A stretch of 64,000 nt of DNA. Source: Rhizodiscina lignyota (Eukaryota). The stretch covers positions 310,001 through 374,000 of the forward strand of contig ML978125.1 of NCBI GenBank assembly GCA_010015805.1, given 5' to 3'. The position numbers and the translations under genes are program-made. Every line of letters begins with the position of its first letter. The stretch's first letter is position 1. Under the pieces are notes generated by a model, which saw nothing but the letters and a program-made list of their open reading frames with translations, was not told the DNA's origin and did not search any database. Below, piece after piece: positions 62,330-64,000 of the stretch.

Positions 62330-64000
62330 TCAGAACTCAAATTCCTTCCTAAACACATCAATATCCATCGCTGGGCCGACCATATCTCCCAGATCTCTCC
62401 TGCCCATCTGACTAAATACCCTGCGTAGGGTGTCAAACAAATTCGTGCTCTGATTTTGCTGTATCATCCGGTCCAGTTCGTTCTCGCTAACTCCCGCGCC
62501 GCCGCCACCACCTTCTACAATCTCCCGCGCCTTTTCGCGGCCCTCACGCTCAACGACCTTGTGCATGGCCAGCGCGCCGAGCAAGTGCTGTGCCGCCTCC
62601 TCGTAGCAGCCGATATTGATACATGACACGCCGAGGTTGTAGCGCGCGCGAACAAAGTTGGGGCGGAGTGCCAGCGCGCGCTCGTACGCATCGATGGCTT
62701 CTTCGCTGCGGCCGGAGTTCGCAAGCGTTGCTCCAAGTCTATTCCACAGCAAGTGGAGCTGCGACTGCTGGTTCGTCGTGCCGGATTCGGTGCTCGCGAG
62801 CGCGGCACCGAAGCAGTCGACTGCTTTGTCGTACTCCTCTGCGCCGTAGAAGAGCACGCCGAGGCCGACTTGCACGTCTGGGTCCATTTGCTCACCAGTG
62901 GGCGAGAGCTGTGCGGCCTTGATGAAGTCGTCTGTTACCTTTTCATGCAAGGCATGGCGATCGGTGAAGCCGATTTGAGCTTCTGAGGAGATGGGACCAT
63001 CCATTACGTCGGGATATTTGGTGGCTAGCCAGCGCTCGAGGGTCCGATATGCAGTGCTGTCGTACCCTTCGTTTGTGTATGAGACGGCGAGACCCATGAG
63101 TGCCTCCAGATTAGAGGGATCGAGTTTGAGAGCCTGTTCTAGTGCGCGGATCGCTGGTGTCTCCTTTTCGTTCTGCGCTTGTGCCGCTCCGAGCTTCACC
63201 CATGCTTCGACATGCTCCGGGTCTTTCTGGACGGCTGCTTCGAATGCCAATGCTGCGAGTGACAGGTTGCCACCCTCTTCCATGATTCGCATACCCTCAG
63301 CAAATGGATCAGAAATATCTTTGAAAAGGTTTTCTTCTTCAAACAAATAGTCGCCTAGCTGTGGATCATTCGAATGCGTGTTCAGGCCGTCGAAGCCCTC
63401 CCATTGGTCCAGGTCGCCCATGTGCATGCCGTCGACGAAGTTTTCTTCTTCGACGAGTTGCCTGGCGTGAGCTGTCTCAGCTTGAATGCCACGCCAGATG
63501 GACTCGAAGTCACCAAAGTCATCAGTCACTGACCTGTCCATTTCGTTGAGCTCCCGCTCCATCGCCGCATTCGCCTCATCATCCAGCTTCTGCTCGTCCG
63601 AAATCGTCTGGTCCGACTCCATCTGTGCAAACTGCGCTTCCCAGTGCTCATCGTCGAGCTCGACCATGCGCCCCTTGCCCTTGCCCTCGTGCTGGATTGG
63701 CTGTTGGTACATCGGGCTGTAGTTGTTCATCATGCCCATGCCCATGCTGTTCATGTTGTATCCCATTCCCATTTGTCTTTGATACATCATTGACGGTGTG
63801 CTGTTGATCGGGCTTGCTGTTCGTGCGTCGTGACTTTGGTTCATCTGTTGGAACTTTGCGAACTCGGCAGGATTGAAACCTCTAGACGTGGGTTTCTGAA
63901 ACGCAGCTTCCATATTTGCGCCATCCATACCGGGGTCAAACTCCGCTGCCCATCCCGGGGAACTGTTATGTGACGTTCGTTCGAGCTCTCTCCGCATTTG
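62330..64000 (-). CDS. PEX5: Peroxisomal PTS1 receptor (5' end lies beyond the window)
   Basis: WxxxF motifs (WAAEF, WEAQF) and TPR motifs LAALAFEAAVQ, AQNEKE, LAVSYTNE, LWNRLGATLANSGRSEEA and PNFVRARYNLGVSCIN. Confidence 0.95.
   Translation of the reverse strand, partial: QMRRELERTSHNSSPGWAAEFDPGMDGANMEAAFQKPTSRGFNPAEFAKFQQMNQSHDARTASPINSTPSMMYQRQMGMGYNMNSMGMGMMNNYSPMYQQPIQHEGKGKGRMVELDDEHWEAQFAQMESDQTISDEQKLDDEANAAMERELNEMDRSVTDDFGDFESIWRGIQAETAHARQLVEEENFVDGMHMGDLDQWEGFDGLNTHSNDPQLGDYLFEEENLFKDISDPFAEGMRIMEEGGNLSLAALAFEAAVQKDPEHVEAWVKLGAAQAQNEKETPAIRALEQALKLDPSNLEALMGLAVSYTNEGYDSTAYRTLERWLATKYPDVMDGPISSEAQIGFTDRHALHEKVTDDFIKAAQLSPTGEQMDPDVQVGLGVLFYGAEEYDKAVDCFGAALASTESGTTNQQSQLHLLWNRLGATLANSGRSEEAIDAYERALALRPNFVRARYNLGVSCINIGCYEEAAQHLLGALAMHKVVEREGREKAREIVEGGGGGAGVSENELDRMIQQNQSTNLFDTLRRVFSQMGRRDLGDMVGPAMDIDVFRKEFEF

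Overview
Gene-dense, intron-containing eukaryotic DNA from a filamentous ascomycete (Pezizomycotina; Dothideomycete-like is my inference). Introns are GT...CTRAY...YAG. I can support about 24 intact protein-coding genes. Conserved genes include Sfi1, a small three-exon COA3 that the ORF track largely misses, Pta1/symplekin, SRAP/HMCES, Vps53, BNA1 (3-HAO), NPP1, Wss1, a G-patch protein, a WrbA/Pst2 flavodoxin-like quinone reductase and a partial PEX5. Two MFS transporters, an ankyrin/CorA-like protein, a putative amidoligase, a CFEM GPI protein and two intronless bacterial-type genes are also present, along with two decaying pseudogenes and a ~0.9 kb purine-rich minisatellite. I saw no rRNA, tRNA, CRISPR array or intact transposon. 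The best hidden signal is at the flavodoxin-like gene. Its stop lies in a leaky TGA-CTG context and is followed by 66 open in-frame codons ending in a CaaX box (…PCGLPAKCSIL*). This predicts a stop-codon-readthrough isoform that is lipid-anchored and Ycp4-like, made from the same gene as a soluble Pst2-like form. The second signal is a classical mitochondrial presequence on the normally cytosolic BNA1. All gene calls come from motif recognition by eye; no searches were run.
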